A DNA stretch of 64,000 bases, taken from a virus. The position numbers and the translations under genes are program-made. The notes under the pieces were generated by a model. The model was not told where the DNA came from. It saw only the letters and a list, made by a program, of their open reading frames with translations, and ran no database searches. Every line of letters starts with the position of its first letter. Positions within the stretch are counted from its first letter, which is position 1. Shown here in pieces: positions 18,094-28,962 of this stretch. The DNA lies in the IMG/VR virus record IMGVR_UViG_3300025769_000006, one strand, 5' to 3'.

Positions 18094-21000
18094 TTAAGGA
18101 CCAATAAATTGACCCGCAGAATCAGACATACCTATTGTTGGATATTTACTAACTTGACCATTAGAGCCAACATACATTGGAGGATCAAGAGTTACAGAGG
18201 TTAAAGACGAAGACGTTGGAGGTTGATTACCAGGATTTCCAAAATAATAAGGTGGCGAAGGCATGTTTGCGTTTGTTGTATTGTTCCATACTAAATTAAA
18301 ATCACCAGTAGCACCATTTGCATTTGCTCTAAAACCCATATTAACCATAGCGCAAGCTGAAAAGTCGTAAGAACCATAAGAACCACCACTAGATCTCATA
18401 CCTGGTCTTAATCCTGCAGCCACTGCTAAATCAAAATTTGTTTGTGTCATTCCTCCTGAAGCAGCCGTGAAAGGTTGTAAGCCACCAACTATTATCCATT
18501 GATAAGGTCCAGCGGCATCACCTGTTGAACCTGGACCATTTGGCGGTGGTGGATAATAGTTATTGCTAAAATTACTAACAGCCGCTGGAACAGAATTACC
18601 AGTGCTTATTCCAAAGCTATTACCTTGACTGTCGGTAAAATTAGTACTATTGTCACCGTATCTAGGATCTGAATTTGGATATAAAGGATATTGAAATGTT
18701 GATCGTTTTGTTGCGCCGTTTGTATTTCTTATTGAACAGTAAGCATATATGTACACAGGTTGATCAGTCCAGTTTTGCATTTGATAATAACCATCTTTTG
18801 TTGATGTTCCTTGAATTGTTGTTCCTGATAAAACAGGTTGGAATTCAGAATCTGAATTACTGTATTTAGCTATTATAACTTGACCAAAGTATGTTGTAAC
18901 GCCAACGCTATATGTTATTTTAGCAGCATAAGCACTGTCTACAGTTGTATTATAAGCTTGTAAACTATCTTTTAAAGACATGTTTATTTCGTAAGAATAG
19001 TTGGGTTCATTTAAAGGACCTGGATTTTGACCGTTAGAACCTAATTGACCACTTAGATTAAAACCAATCCATTCGTCAGCTCCAGATCCACCAGCTTGAC
19101 CTTCTTGAAAAGTAGGCCAATCTGCTGAAGACTGATAAGTAGATACCCAATCACTTACAGAAGGTGTCGTTGCAGTTGTTACCTCAACTGTATTACCAGT
19201 TGTAGCGTTTGTTTTTGTGATGTTAACAACTTGCCAACCAGACTGAAGACTACTAGATAAAAACTCTCTACCTGTAGGATCAGAGTCATTATATGGTGCA
19301 TTAAACTGTCTAGCTGAACCATTTCTTCCTCTAGGTGAATTTCCTGAGGTTACTATAGTTGTGCTCGTAGTAAGAACAGATCCAGTTCTATCTACTATAG
19401 GATTTTGAACAATAGGAACAACATTTTCTAATTGGACTATGAAAGACTGATCTACTTGTGTTCCGTCGAGTTGAGCTAAAGTTAAAGTAAATTGAAACTT
19501 ACCTCTAGTTGCTACATCATAATTAGGCTCTTGAGAAGATCCAGCATAAAATCTATCGTTTGTTTTAACTATATAACTACCTGTTGAACCACCTGGCTCA
19601 ATAACAAACCTGCTAGCTTGTGGAATAGTCGTGTCTAAATTGCCATTAGCATCGTGAGCAAAAACGGTGTAACTAACGAGTGTTGTATTTGCTAAGTTTA
19701 CTCCATTTGCAACTGGAAATATATCACTAGTTATAGCTGTTCCAGAGGCCATTGATTCTATAAAAGAAACTGTAAAACTATTTAAACCAGTTATATTGTT
19801 ACTAGTATTCTGTATAGACAGATTCAAATCAGATATTTTATCAGACGTAGAAGACTCATAAAATATTTCTAATGGTGATATATATGGAGCTGTTTCGTAA
19901 ATAGCTAACCCCATATTTGGTGGATAAGGATAATTACCTGTAAAGTTTATATCGTCAGGTTGAGTATAAGACTGCTCACCTAATCCAACGGCTTTTTGGG
20001 TTGATATTTTAGCTAAAACAGGTTTTGTATCAAAACTATATATAGCGTATTTATTTATAAATCCTGGACCTGTATTATCGCTTAAACCAGGATATAAATC
20101 ATTTATACCTCCGACTAAATTAACTTGATCAGCGGCGGATTCTGGATCAACTTGCTTATTAAATGTTTCATAAGTAACTGTTGTTGATTCAACACCTGGT
20201 ATATTTGTAACTCTAGGCCACATAGAAACATCGCTTGTAAACTGATTTTGATTTGGTCCTACATCTTCTAAATTTCTAGGAATTTTATTAATGTTGTCAG
20301 TTATTAAAACAATATTAGCAACTTCGTTTTGCTCTAAAGTTTCTTCGTCTATTGGATAACCATTTACAATACCTGGAAGAAAAACATTATAATAGTCTTG
20401 TTGCTGTTGTTTTACAGCGGTTTTGTACACAAAAAATCCATTTGGATTAATATCATATGTAGCGTAAACATTTAAACCTGTCTTAGCAGGTAGTCCAGTT
20501 GTTGCGCTGCCTGGTGAATTGTCAAAAACATAATCTAAACTAACTTCCTCTTTTGTAAAAAACTCTACAGCTCTAACGCCATTAGCGTCACTTATAGGTG
20601 TAACACTAGTTATTTCTGTATAATCTATGTATAAGCCATTTAATTTTTTACCAGGCGCATAATATTGAGAATAAGTAGTTGGCCAATCTGGAAATAAAGG
20701 TCTATTTGTACTTGAAGCAGCCCCAGTACTGTATTTATATCTCCTATCAGATGTGTATAATATTTCTACTTTTACAACTTGAGGCGCAGTTATAGCCGTG
20801 TTTAGTGTAACTCTTAAATAATTAGAATTATCAGATATTGTATATTCAGTAGATTCTATTAACTTAAAACCATTGTTATAGTCAATATATACATTAAACG
20901 TGTTGGATGAGTCAGTAGCGTCTGCGTATGTAAAATAACTATCAAATGTAGTACCAGCGTTTGTGCTTGTGAATTTAAAATATTGAGTTGAAAGAGGTAT

Positions 21001-23139
21001 AAAAGTTGGATATAAAGCACTTGGTGGTTGTGTGGATTCAGTATCTACTTCATAATAATTACCTTTGGCATAAACACCTGGATATCCTGATATACCTATG
21101 TCACCTTCTGGTATTTGTTGTAAGTAATTTAAAACTAAATTATCGCCATGCCACAGCGGTAAGTCATTTGCGAATCCAACATCTTTATAGTCATTAAAAT
21201 AATTAGAGCCAGGTCTAGGATCTCCATTTTCATCTAAAACTCCATCAAAATTAGAAAGCACTATGTCTGTTTGTCTACCATACCTATCAGCTAATATTAT
21301 ACCAACTTGATAATTTCTGTTTTGCTTTATATGGTGTTGAGGATATTCTATAAATTGTTGGGCAGATTTCTGATCAACACCTACGTAATAATCTAAACCA
21401 TTAGGTGCACTATAACCTTCTAAATAATTTCCATATATTATTCTATTTCCAGCTGTTTCTTGTGCTAAAGCTTTAACAGGAACTTTATCAAAAACCCTAG
21501 TAGATTGCACTGCTGGAAGAGTTTTTATAGGTATAGTCGACTCGTAAGAGTATTGATATATATTAGTATTGTTTAAACTCGCTATAAAATTAGAATCAAC
21601 CTTAACTGTCTCTATAACTTGATAAGCTTGAGTGTCTGATTGTTTAAATATTATATCTATAGCTTTTATTTTGTAATTGTTGATTATATCTATACAAGGC
21701 AACTCTATGTTTAAAACAGCATTGTTTATAGAGTTTTGCATAAACTCAACTATGGTTGTTATAAAAGCTTCGTTTTCATCTTCGTTTACAAATTCACCTT
21801 CTTGATAAGGTATAAAAACATCTTGGCTAAAAGGTGATATTATAGAATATTCGTTGTCATCAAATTTAAATCTATATGCAAATCTTACAAATCTTTCTGT
21901 TAAAAAATCTGGATCACCGTTCCACCCAGTATAGTTATCATTTCTTAAAACTCTAACAGAGTAACCTCTTATTGTGCTAGCGGTTAATGTTGTATCTATG
22001 GTGTTACTTGCTTGAAAATCAACAAAGGGCGCGCTACCAGCGGTAATAGCATCACTGGTCCAAAAACCTGCTCTTGCTGTCAAATCAGTAAAACCATCAG
22101 GATATGTACTAGTTCCTTGTCGCATACCGCCTGGTAATATGTTCGTACCTAATAAATTAGTACCAGCAACATAACCAGTTGTTTGGTCGTCCCACAGAAA
22201 AGGACTTTTATAAAGACTACCTGTTGTTCCTCCGGCTGAAATTATGTTATTCCAGTCTTGAACCGATGGTATTCTATGACCTATTGGTGCTAAACCTCTA
22301 GCGTCCATAACGGCCCATTTATTATAAAGAAGTCCGTAAGTAACACCGTTTCCATTATAATTAGCATAATAACACCAAGCACCTTTTTGATCTGTATCAG
22401 CTTGTTGCCAGTCTATTAAAGTTCTAGCCTCTGTTATTTCGTCTCCATTTCTGTACTTCTTTACGGCTAAGTTGCTTTGAGATATTTTATAAGTACCAAT
22501 CTCTACAACTTGTGGGTCAGCAGCGTCTGACATTGTAGATGGATATAGAGGATCTATTAAATCTACAAATCTTTGCTCTGCTTGAGCTCTTAAATTTAAA
22601 AAATGTGGAGGTGTGTAAGGTGCAAATTTAGCTACAGATATTTGATCTTCGTTAAAATAGTAACTAGGATCAGCTGTTGCTGTGTCTACGTTTATTTTTC
22701 TAGGTTGATTTCTATTGTCTGTGAAAAAAAGTTGGTTTTCTATAAGACTTATACCATGAATTAAGTGTGTTTGCGAAAAATTAAGAAAATAACCGCTAAC
22801 TATAGTAGTATCTGAGTTTGAAAGAGTATTTAAAAAACCTATAGTACATATTGCACCTGAGTTTATATTAGGTCTACTTTGTGAATTCCAATTTGTTCTA
22901 AAATAATAAAGCCTATTGTTAGCTTCGTCAGCATAAGTACCTATTATTTTATGTCCAGTTTCAGAAGATCTACCAGTAGTTCCATTACCGATAACAACCT
23001 CTAAAGCTCCAACATCACTACCTTCTGATCTAGATACAGCTACATTTAAAGCGTCTCTATATTCGTTATTTGGAATTAATCTTTCATCTAAGTCTTTGTT
23101 CATTTTAGACTTGATGAAACTATTCTTAGCTTCTGCCAT
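18094..23139 (-). CDS. Large tail/adsorption-apparatus protein with an embedded FISUMP (Fibrobacter succinogenes major paralogous) domain
   Basis: 1681 aa. Residues about 216-401 (nt about 21937-22494) read NLAVKKYRNGDEI..W..AWCYY..YGLLYNKWAV..LAPIGHRIPSVQDWNNI..LPGGMR..AGFWTS..GYSVRVLRND, which matches the FISUMP signature. Confidence 0.7.
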   Translation of the reverse strand: MAEAKNSFIKSKMNKDLDERLIPNNEYRDALNVAVSRSEGSDVGALEVVIGNGTTGRSSETGHKIIGTYADEANNRLYYFRTNWNSQSRPNINSGAICTIGFLNTLSNSDTTIVSGYFLNFSQTHLIHGISLIENQLFFTDNRNQPRKINVDTATADPSYYFNEDQISVAKFAPYTPPHFLNLRAQAEQRFVDLIDPLYPSTMSDAADPQVVEIGTYKISQSNLAVKKYRNGDEITEARTLIDWQQADTDQKGAWCYYANYNGNGVTYGLLYNKWAVMDARGLAPIGHRIPSVQDWNNIISAGGTTGSLYKSPFLWDDQTTGYVAGTNLLGTNILPGGMRQGTSTYPDGFTDLTARAGFWTSDAITAGSAPFVDFQASNTIDTTLTASTIRGYSVRVLRNDNYTGWNGDPDFLTERFVRFAYRFKFDDNEYSIISPFSQDVFIPYQEGEFVNEDENEAFITTIVEFMQNSINNAVLNIELPCIDIINNYKIKAIDIIFKQSDTQAYQVIETVKVDSNFIASLNNTNIYQYSYESTIPIKTLPAVQSTRVFDKVPVKALAQETAGNRIIYGNYLEGYSAPNGLDYYVGVDQKSAQQFIEYPQHHIKQNRNYQVGIILADRYGRQTDIVLSNFDGVLDENGDPRPGSNYFNDYKDVGFANDLPLWHGDNLVLNYLQQIPEGDIGISGYPGVYAKGNYYEVDTESTQPPSALYPTFIPLSTQYFKFTSTNAGTTFDSYFTYADATDSSNTFNVYIDYNNGFKLIESTEYTISDNSNYLRVTLNTAITAPQVVKVEILYTSDRRYKYSTGAASSTNRPLFPDWPTTYSQYYAPGKKLNGLYIDYTEITSVTPISDANGVRAVEFFTKEEVSLDYVFDNSPGSATTGLPAKTGLNVYATYDINPNGFFVYKTAVKQQQQDYYNVFLPGIVNGYPIDEETLEQNEVANIVLITDNINKIPRNLEDVGPNQNQFTSDVSMWPRVTNIPGVESTTVTYETFNKQVDPESAADQVNLVGGINDLYPGLSDNTGPGFINKYAIYSFDTKPVLAKISTQKAVGLGEQSYTQPDDINFTGNYPYPPNMGLAIYETAPYISPLEIFYESSTSDKISDLNLSIQNTSNNITGLNSFTVSFIESMASGTAITSDIFPVANGVNLANTTLVSYTVFAHDANGNLDTTIPQASRFVIEPGGSTGSYIVKTNDRFYAGSSQEPNYDVATRGKFQFTLTLAQLDGTQVDQSFIVQLENVVPIVQNPIVDRTGSVLTTSTTIVTSGNSPRGRNGSARQFNAPYNDSDPTGREFLSSSLQSGWQVVNITKTNATTGNTVEVTTATTPSVSDWVSTYQSSADWPTFQEGQAGGSGADEWIGFNLSGQLGSNGQNPGPLNEPNYSYEINMSLKDSLQAYNTTVDSAYAAKITYSVGVTTYFGQVIIAKYSNSDSEFQPVLSGTTIQGTSTKDGYYQMQNWTDQPVYIYAYCSIRNTNGATKRSTFQYPLYPNSDPRYGDNSTNFTDSQGNSFGISTGNSVPAAVSNFSNNYYPPPPNGPGSTGDAAGPYQWIIVGGLQPFTAASGGMTQTNFDLAVAAGLRPGMRSSGGSYGSYDFSACAMVNMGFRANANGATGDFNLVWNNTTNANMPSPPYYFGNPGNQPPTSSSLTSVTLDPPMYVGSNGQVSKYPTIGMSDSAGQFIGP

Positions 23140-23142
23140 GTA

Positions 23143-24411
23143 TTAGTTTTTTATCCATTTAGATTTACCTCTCATAACTTGCGTTATTTCGTCAAGCTTA
23201 ATATTAGATAATCTTATTTTAGCATTTCTCAGTTTAGATATCTTATCTTTTCTTAGTCTTTGCACGACGTATTCTGGTTGGTTTATTCTTCCAGATATTA
23301 AAGAATATAATATAGCCGCATACATAGCGTCTTCAGCAAGCTTGGGAACTCTACTGTCTAAATCGTAAGCTAAACCATCTGATACATACTCAAATACAAT
23401 TAACTTTCCTACAAGGTTACTAGAAAATGATAATTTATTTTCTCTTTCATTTATGTTAAACCAACCGTTACCTTGTGCTGCTTGTGGCTCTAAACCATAT
23501 CTTTGGCCATATCCATAACCATCTGTTATGCCCCAACCATACCCATATCCATACCAGTCATTTGCTGTAAAATCACCTCCCATGTTAACAGCACCATCTA
23601 CTAAATTGTCGTCAGCATTGTGCCATCTTTCTTGCGTTATTGAAGTTCCTTCTAGGTCGTTTCCAAAATTATCTTGAGTTGGTATGCCAGAAGAATCCTG
23701 CAACTGTGTGTAATATGGACTAATAGTAATATTGTTGGTTGGATATATAATATGCTTAACACCTAAATCATCTATCCAAGAACATCTAACATAATTGACG
23801 TAATCCTGAGGAATAACTAATGTTAAATTGTGAGGTATTGTTAATTCAGAAGATTTAATACTTTTTAGTGTATCATAACTAAATTCTTGCATTGCTCTTT
23901 TTGCAAAAAATATAATATCACTTCTTTTTGCATTTGGAAGCAATTTGTCTTTACCAACATAACCTACTTGAAAATTATTTATTATGTCATTTAGTTTTAC
24001 ATATTGATAACTTCCATAATTATCGTCAGTTGCTTGACCATATGCTTTTTCTGCTTCTGTTTGACCATACTTTCCTCCTGTAAGTATTTTCAACTGAACA
24101 ACAACGTATGCGTTAGCGCCTGGTGCTGCTATTAGTTTTATTGTTTTATTGTCAGAACTTAACGACATATCTGTCAACCACTCTGTATAAGACCCAGCTA
24201 AACCTGTTTGACTTGTATAAACTTTAAAATTATTTAAACTATAGTTTGGATTACTAGAATTCCAATCACCTAAATATAAGTCAGTATCAAAAGTTGTAAC
24301 AAACTCTTGATTTGTTGTGTTAGTTGAATTTGCTCTAAAACCTTGTGCTCCTTGATAATACTGTTGAGCTGTTTCGTTTATTAATCCGTTATTTGGTGGT
24401 AATATAGCCAT
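23143..24411 (-). CDS. Tail/structural protein (hypothetical)
   Basis: 422-aa ORF in the tail block with a G/Y-rich patch (DWYGYGYGWGITDGYGYGQRYG). Confidence 0.5.
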   Translation of the reverse strand: MAILPPNNGLINETAQQYYQGAQGFRANSTNTTNQEFVTTFDTDLYLGDWNSSNPNYSLNNFKVYTSQTGLAGSYTEWLTDMSLSSDNKTIKLIAAPGANAYVVVQLKILTGGKYGQTEAEKAYGQATDDNYGSYQYVKLNDIINNFQVGYVGKDKLLPNAKRSDIIFFAKRAMQEFSYDTLKSIKSSELTIPHNLTLVIPQDYVNYVRCSWIDDLGVKHIIYPTNNITISPYYTQLQDSSGIPTQDNFGNDLEGTSITQERWHNADDNLVDGAVNMGGDFTANDWYGYGYGWGITDGYGYGQRYGLEPQAAQGNGWFNINERENKLSFSSNLVGKLIVFEYVSDGLAYDLDSRVPKLAEDAMYAAILYSLISGRINQPEYVVQRLRKDKISKLRNAKIRLSNIKLDEITQVMRGKSKWIKN

Positions 24412-24417
24412 GTTCTA

Positions 24418-25362
24418 TTAAGTTCTTTCGTTTTGTTCTTCTTTTTGTATTTCCGCAGAAGCAGCTTGTATAATCATAGGATCTTTTATTACAACTCCAG
24501 CATATTTTAATATTTGTAATATAACGCTTGTTTGCTCTGTTGGATCTAATTCAAAATCAACAGAAGTAGATGGATCCCATACATAGTAGCCTGCTGTAGA
24601 GTCAAAATTCCAAACAACATCAGCTGGTTTTCTTATATAAGTTGCTTGAACACTACTACTTACTGTTTGAGGATATATTATTATTTGGCTGTTTTCATAA
24701 ACAAAAACAGGAAAATATTCTGAAGGTTTAGTTATTGGTGATAAATTCATTAAAGCTAACTCGTTTCTTTCAACCATTTCTACAGCCTTATCTTCTTTAT
24801 ACAAAACCGTGCCTAGTTTGTAAAAATCAATAGGATATAAAACTATTCTAATAGTATTACCTGCGGCCAACGCGCCCGCTGTTAACTGTAAAGCTCCACC
24901 GGTTATTGTATAATTAGAATAAGCAACTCCAGGTGAACCTGTAGGTTGTTCCAGTGTTACAACTACGTTACTTGTTTCTACTTGGGCTTGAGTTATTGTT
25001 GTTAAAGGATATGATGTTGCATTTAGTATAGTTGCAAAAGTTTGGGAACCTGTTGAAACCCCTGAAGAGTTTGGTGGGGTAAAATATCCTGGTGATGTAC
25101 CTACAGGCGCGGTATATCCGCATGAACCTATAGTTTTAAATTTATCTAATTTTTCTTGAACTGTTTTGTAGCGATCACCATATTCACTGTCATTTTGAGG
25201 AACACGCATTTGCTGATTTATAGTATCAAAATAACCATCAACTATATCTAATTGAACTTGAGTTGCAAGTTTATTAAATTCATTTGGTGTTAAATAACCT
25301 CTTTGCTCTTTGTTAATGATTAACAAGACTGTTTTATAAACTTGATCTACGTTTATCGCCAT
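24418..25362 (-). CDS. Structural protein (hypothetical, head-tail or tail)
   Basis: 314-aa ORF in the structural block. Confidence 0.5.
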   Translation of the reverse strand: MAINVDQVYKTVLLIINKEQRGYLTPNEFNKLATQVQLDIVDGYFDTINQQMRVPQNDSEYGDRYKTVQEKLDKFKTIGSCGYTAPVGTSPGYFTPPNSSGVSTGSQTFATILNATSYPLTTITQAQVETSNVVVTLEQPTGSPGVAYSNYTITGGALQLTAGALAAGNTIRIVLYPIDFYKLGTVLYKEDKAVEMVERNELALMNLSPITKPSEYFPVFVYENSQIIIYPQTVSSSVQATYIRKPADVVWNFDSTAGYYVWDPSTSVDFELDPTEQTSVILQILKYAGVVIKDPMIIQAASAEIQKEEQNERT

Positions 25363-25390
25363 TTTTATTTTTTTATTATAATATACTAAA

Positions 25391-25409
25391 GCGCCACGAT
25401 TAGTGGCAC
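25391..25409 (-). terminator. Short hairpin downstream of the 25432 gene
   Basis: GCGCCAC-GATTA-GTGGCAC (one mismatch) in the 69-nt gap. A weak candidate. Confidence 0.3.
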
Positions 25410-25431
25410 TCCAATATATTAGTATTACATG

Positions 25432-26187
25432 TTATTTAAGTTTTTTCTCTATAGACTTAAATATTTCTACTCCTTCATCTGTTTTGAAAAAAGCAGCCAT
25501 TGCAGAGTAAGGATTTTCATCAAAAGGAACATTCATTAGTTTCTTTCCATTAGAAGCCCAGGTAAAATATCTTTGATCTTGAGATAGGTCTATTATATTT
25601 GCTTCTACAGCTTTAACAGCAAAGTTTCTTAATTGAACGTTTTCATCGTTAACTAATTCAATAAATAAATCTGGATTTGATCTAGCAAATATTAATAAAT
25701 CTCTTTTAAGTTCTTTAGAACTCATCTTTGTAACTTTAGATCCTATTTCAACTCTCATTATAGCTTCTGCCATATCAATGTCAATATTTCTAGCTGCATT
25801 GAGAGCATCAACTTGAAGATTTAATAAATCTAATTCATCAACAGCAACTTCAACAGGATCAAATTCAAAAAAACTTTTACCTTTTAAAGGGTGATAAAGT
25901 GAAAGAAGCTTTTGTAAATTTTGTTTTTCTTTTGGCACCATTAAAACACCGTCTTTAAAAATAATATGACCTAAAGTAGCTTCACCTTTTTGTTCGTCTA
26001 CGAAACAAGAGTCTTGATTTGTAGCGTATCTAATCTCTCTTTGTTTTCCGCTTTCTTGATCAAAGTACAGTAAAGCGTGTTTTTTTGTGTGTTTAGAAGG
26101 TATTGTATAAGTTAATGGTTCCATTCCATTTTTTAATATATATCTTCTATCTTTTATTTCCCAATTTTTTTTATTTTCTTTTTTCAT
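25432..26187 (-). CDS. Hypothetical protein directly downstream of the capsid gene
   Basis: 251-aa ORF bracketed by hairpins on both sides. Confidence 0.5.
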   Translation of the reverse strand: MKKENKKNWEIKDRRYILKNGMEPLTYTIPSKHTKKHALLYFDQESGKQREIRYATNQDSCFVDEQKGEATLGHIIFKDGVLMVPKEKQNLQKLLSLYHPLKGKSFFEFDPVEVAVDELDLLNLQVDALNAARNIDIDMAEAIMRVEIGSKVTKMSSKELKRDLLIFARSNPDLFIELVNDENVQLRNFAVKAVEANIIDLSQDQRYFTWASNGKKLMNVPFDENPYSAMAAFFKTDEGVEIFKSIEKKLK

Positions 26188-26221
26188 AATATAATATAAT
26201 TAAATAGTTAAGAGTAAGAGT

Positions 26222-26246
26222 TACCCCTGAAGATTTATCAGGGGTA
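26222..26246 (-). terminator. Intrinsic terminator/attenuator after the major capsid gene
   Basis: Perfect 9-bp stem TACCCCTGA / TCAGGGGTA with a 7-nt loop, 16 nt past the capsid stop and flanked by T/A runs. Confidence 0.65.
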
Positions 26247-26261
26247 AAACTTACAGGATTT

Positions 26262-27704
26262 TTACAATCCTTTAAATAATACAAAGTTGTTAGCAGCTTG
26301 TGTTACTAAACATCTTTCAGATAGGAAGTTTACTTCCATAGCATCTAAATCAGATGTAAAAGCTCCACCAGCAGAACCAGTCAACCATGACTTCATACGT
26401 CTATCATCTCCTTGAGAAGCTCTGTATCGTACGTGCAAGAATGGACGACGGATATTTGTTCCTAAGATTTGATCATAAACTGTAGATGTTCCAGCAGGAA
26501 TTAAAACACCTTCAATTGAAGATGGTCCTGTAAGAGCACCACGAGTTGAAGCATCATTTAAGTATTTCCAGTCTGTTTTATAGAAATCATAAGATCCTCT
26601 ACGGAAACCGCTAAATCCAAGATTTAAAGCCATATCTTCAGAGTTTTCAAATAATCCATAAGCAGTACCGCCTTGAGCACCTCCAGAGATTGCAGATAGC
26701 ATGTCATCGAAATCCAAAGCAGTTTGTCTTTGTAAAAATAACATGTTTTCTTCAATAGCACCTTGAGTATCTAGGTTTTTAAGAATAGCGTCAAAAGAAT
26801 CAATTCCAGCAGCAGCAGTAAAACCAGTGTTTACGTTACCTCTTTCTTCGATTGCAGCAAAAAGACCTTGAGTACCAGCTATGCCAGTAATAGCAGATCC
26901 TGTGGCTACTTTTTCACCTTCAACTAATGACATTTCTAGGTAATCTTCAAAACGTAGTCTTGTTTCAGACTCAGCTTTTAAGTACCATAAATATCCAGAT
27001 GTTCCATCTTCAGTAGCAACTTCAACCCATCCAATTTGAGCCATATCAGAACCATTTACAACGTATTTGTTTCTGATTATGATTGGTGAATTATTATATT
27101 GAGTAAACTGAGGATCAACACTAATATATCCATCTGTTTGGTTAGCAGCGTTGTAGTTAGGTGTAACAGATCCTTTTCCATATTCAGAACCATATACAAA
27201 TACTTTTACAGTACCAGTTAGTCCTGCAGCAGCTAAAGTAGCAGCAGTGTATGGTAAAGCTGTAATCTGTCCAACACCAGCTCCACCAGGAACAGTAGTG
27301 CTAACATAACATTTTGCTTCGTTTCCAAAGTTATCTAAAACTACAACTGTTGCGCCAACAGAAATAACGTTGATTACATCAGCAGGAGTTCCAGTAAAAT
27401 TGATAACATTGCTAGCTCCATAAGCAGGAGTTAAGTCTTCATAAGCAATATGTAGTCTGTTTTGCTCAGACCATATAACTTGATCAGATGTCATTGGCAT
27501 TTCAGCGCCAACCATTCTTAAAAAGCCAGATAACGTACGGTTTCCGTAACGCTCTACTTCTTGTTCATATACTTCAGGTAGATATTGTTGTGCAAAATCT
27601 ACGAAGTTAGCGCCTGTTGAATCAGTCCACTGTAAGTAGTTACTGTTAAGCACTTCTTGTTTTTGAGATGGGATTAAGCTCCCAAATTGAGGTTGTAAAC
27701 TCAT
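26262..27704 (-). CDS. Major capsid protein (by position)
   Basis: 480-aa ORF in the order TerL-portal-scaffold-this gene, followed by a strong hairpin, as expected for a very highly expressed gene. Confidence 0.7.
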   Translation of the reverse strand: MSLQPQFGSLIPSQKQEVLNSNYLQWTDSTGANFVDFAQQYLPEVYEQEVERYGNRTLSGFLRMVGAEMPMTSDQVIWSEQNRLHIAYEDLTPAYGASNVINFTGTPADVINVISVGATVVVLDNFGNEAKCYVSTTVPGGAGVGQITALPYTAATLAAAGLTGTVKVFVYGSEYGKGSVTPNYNAANQTDGYISVDPQFTQYNNSPIIIRNKYVVNGSDMAQIGWVEVATEDGTSGYLWYLKAESETRLRFEDYLEMSLVEGEKVATGSAITGIAGTQGLFAAIEERGNVNTGFTAAAGIDSFDAILKNLDTQGAIEENMLFLQRQTALDFDDMLSAISGGAQGGTAYGLFENSEDMALNLGFSGFRRGSYDFYKTDWKYLNDASTRGALTGPSSIEGVLIPAGTSTVYDQILGTNIRRPFLHVRYRASQGDDRRMKSWLTGSAGGAFTSDLDAMEVNFLSERCLVTQAANNFVLFKGL

Positions 27705-27720
27705 AATTTTTTAAAGTTTT

Positions 27721-28929
27721 TTAGTTAAATTTTTTTCTTCTTATTTTAAGTTTTGAAGAATCAGCACCACTTATAGCTTTAACTTTTAATCCGTTAACAA
27801 AAACATTTCCATTAGTACCTTCTTGTCTTGGTTCTGTAGTTATGTTTTTTGACTTAGCAACGACATCTTTTACAGCATCGGCTTTGCCTTGTTCATAAAA
27901 GTGTTTAGCTATTGTATCTGCGTTTCTAGCAGCATACATGGCTTTGTGGTAACCCTTTGGATTAATTAGTTCATTATTTTCATTTAAGAACGTCTTAACA
28001 AAATCTGTAATGTCTAATTGGTTTTTAACAACATCATTAGGATTTTTAATTCCGTATCTAAAGTTTTTATCTCCTAAGTTAAAATCGAAACCTTCGAAAT
28101 TTTCATTAAAAGTATCTTTAGTTACTTTTTCAAAAGCTTGACGCTGTTGAGTTACTTTTTGTTGATCTTCATTGTATCTATTAAAAAAGTCCATTGCTTT
28201 TTGTTGGTCTTCATTAACTGATGATTTCAACTTGATTTCATCATAGTATTTATTTTTCAAACCTTCTAAAAAGCTTTTGGCTTTTCCAATTTCTTCTTTA
28301 TATGCTAGTTTCTTTTTTCTAACATCTTTTTCGTCATCTAGTTCTTCATCATATGAAAAATTATCTTCTAATAAAAAATTAACTTCTTCATATTCTAAGT
28401 GTGGACGAGTATTTCTGTAATATTCTCTGAGTAAAGTGTTGTTGTCTATATTGTCATAATTAGCGTTTAATCTAACATAATCCTCTATAGTAGCCCCTGG
28501 CATTTCTTCCATAAAAGAAACTAATTTTTCAATGTTTTCAGGTAGTTTTTTTCCTAACACCTTTTCATCTCTTATTGCTTCTTTTACTTCTTGTTCAACT
28601 TTTTTTGTTTCTTCTTCTACTTTCTGCACTTCTTTAATAGGACTTTCAATGGGCTTTTCGTCTCCTTGTCCCACTTCTTGCAGTCCCACCTCGGGTCTTT
28701 CTTCGCGTAGCACGCTGCTCTCTGTTTCTGATTTTTGAACGGCATTTTCTTCTTGTTTTACTTTACTCAAATCAACCTTTACTGGTTCTTCTTTTTTAGC
28801 AACAGCTGCAAAATCTATTTTTATTGTTTCTTCTGGAGCTGATAATTTTTTAGGTGTTTTTCTTTTTTGTTTTAACTTAAAGTCACCTTCCTGTTTAACA
28901 GGTTCATTTGTTTTTGTTTCTTCTGACAT
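27721..28929 (-). CDS. Scaffolding protein (by position and composition)
   Basis: 402 aa, strongly charged with a K/E-rich helical N-terminal half, between portal and capsid. Confidence 0.6.
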   Translation of the reverse strand: MSEETKTNEPVKQEGDFKLKQKRKTPKKLSAPEETIKIDFAAVAKKEEPVKVDLSKVKQEENAVQKSETESSVLREERPEVGLQEVGQGDEKPIESPIKEVQKVEEETKKVEQEVKEAIRDEKVLGKKLPENIEKLVSFMEEMPGATIEDYVRLNANYDNIDNNTLLREYYRNTRPHLEYEEVNFLLEDNFSYDEELDDEKDVRKKKLAYKEEIGKAKSFLEGLKNKYYDEIKLKSSVNEDQQKAMDFFNRYNEDQQKVTQQRQAFEKVTKDTFNENFEGFDFNLGDKNFRYGIKNPNDVVKNQLDITDFVKTFLNENNELINPKGYHKAMYAARNADTIAKHFYEQGKADAVKDVVAKSKNITTEPRQEGTNGNVFVNGLKVKAISGADSSKLKIRRKKFN

Positions 28930-28962
28930 AATATAATATAATTAAAAAAATTGATAATTGTT

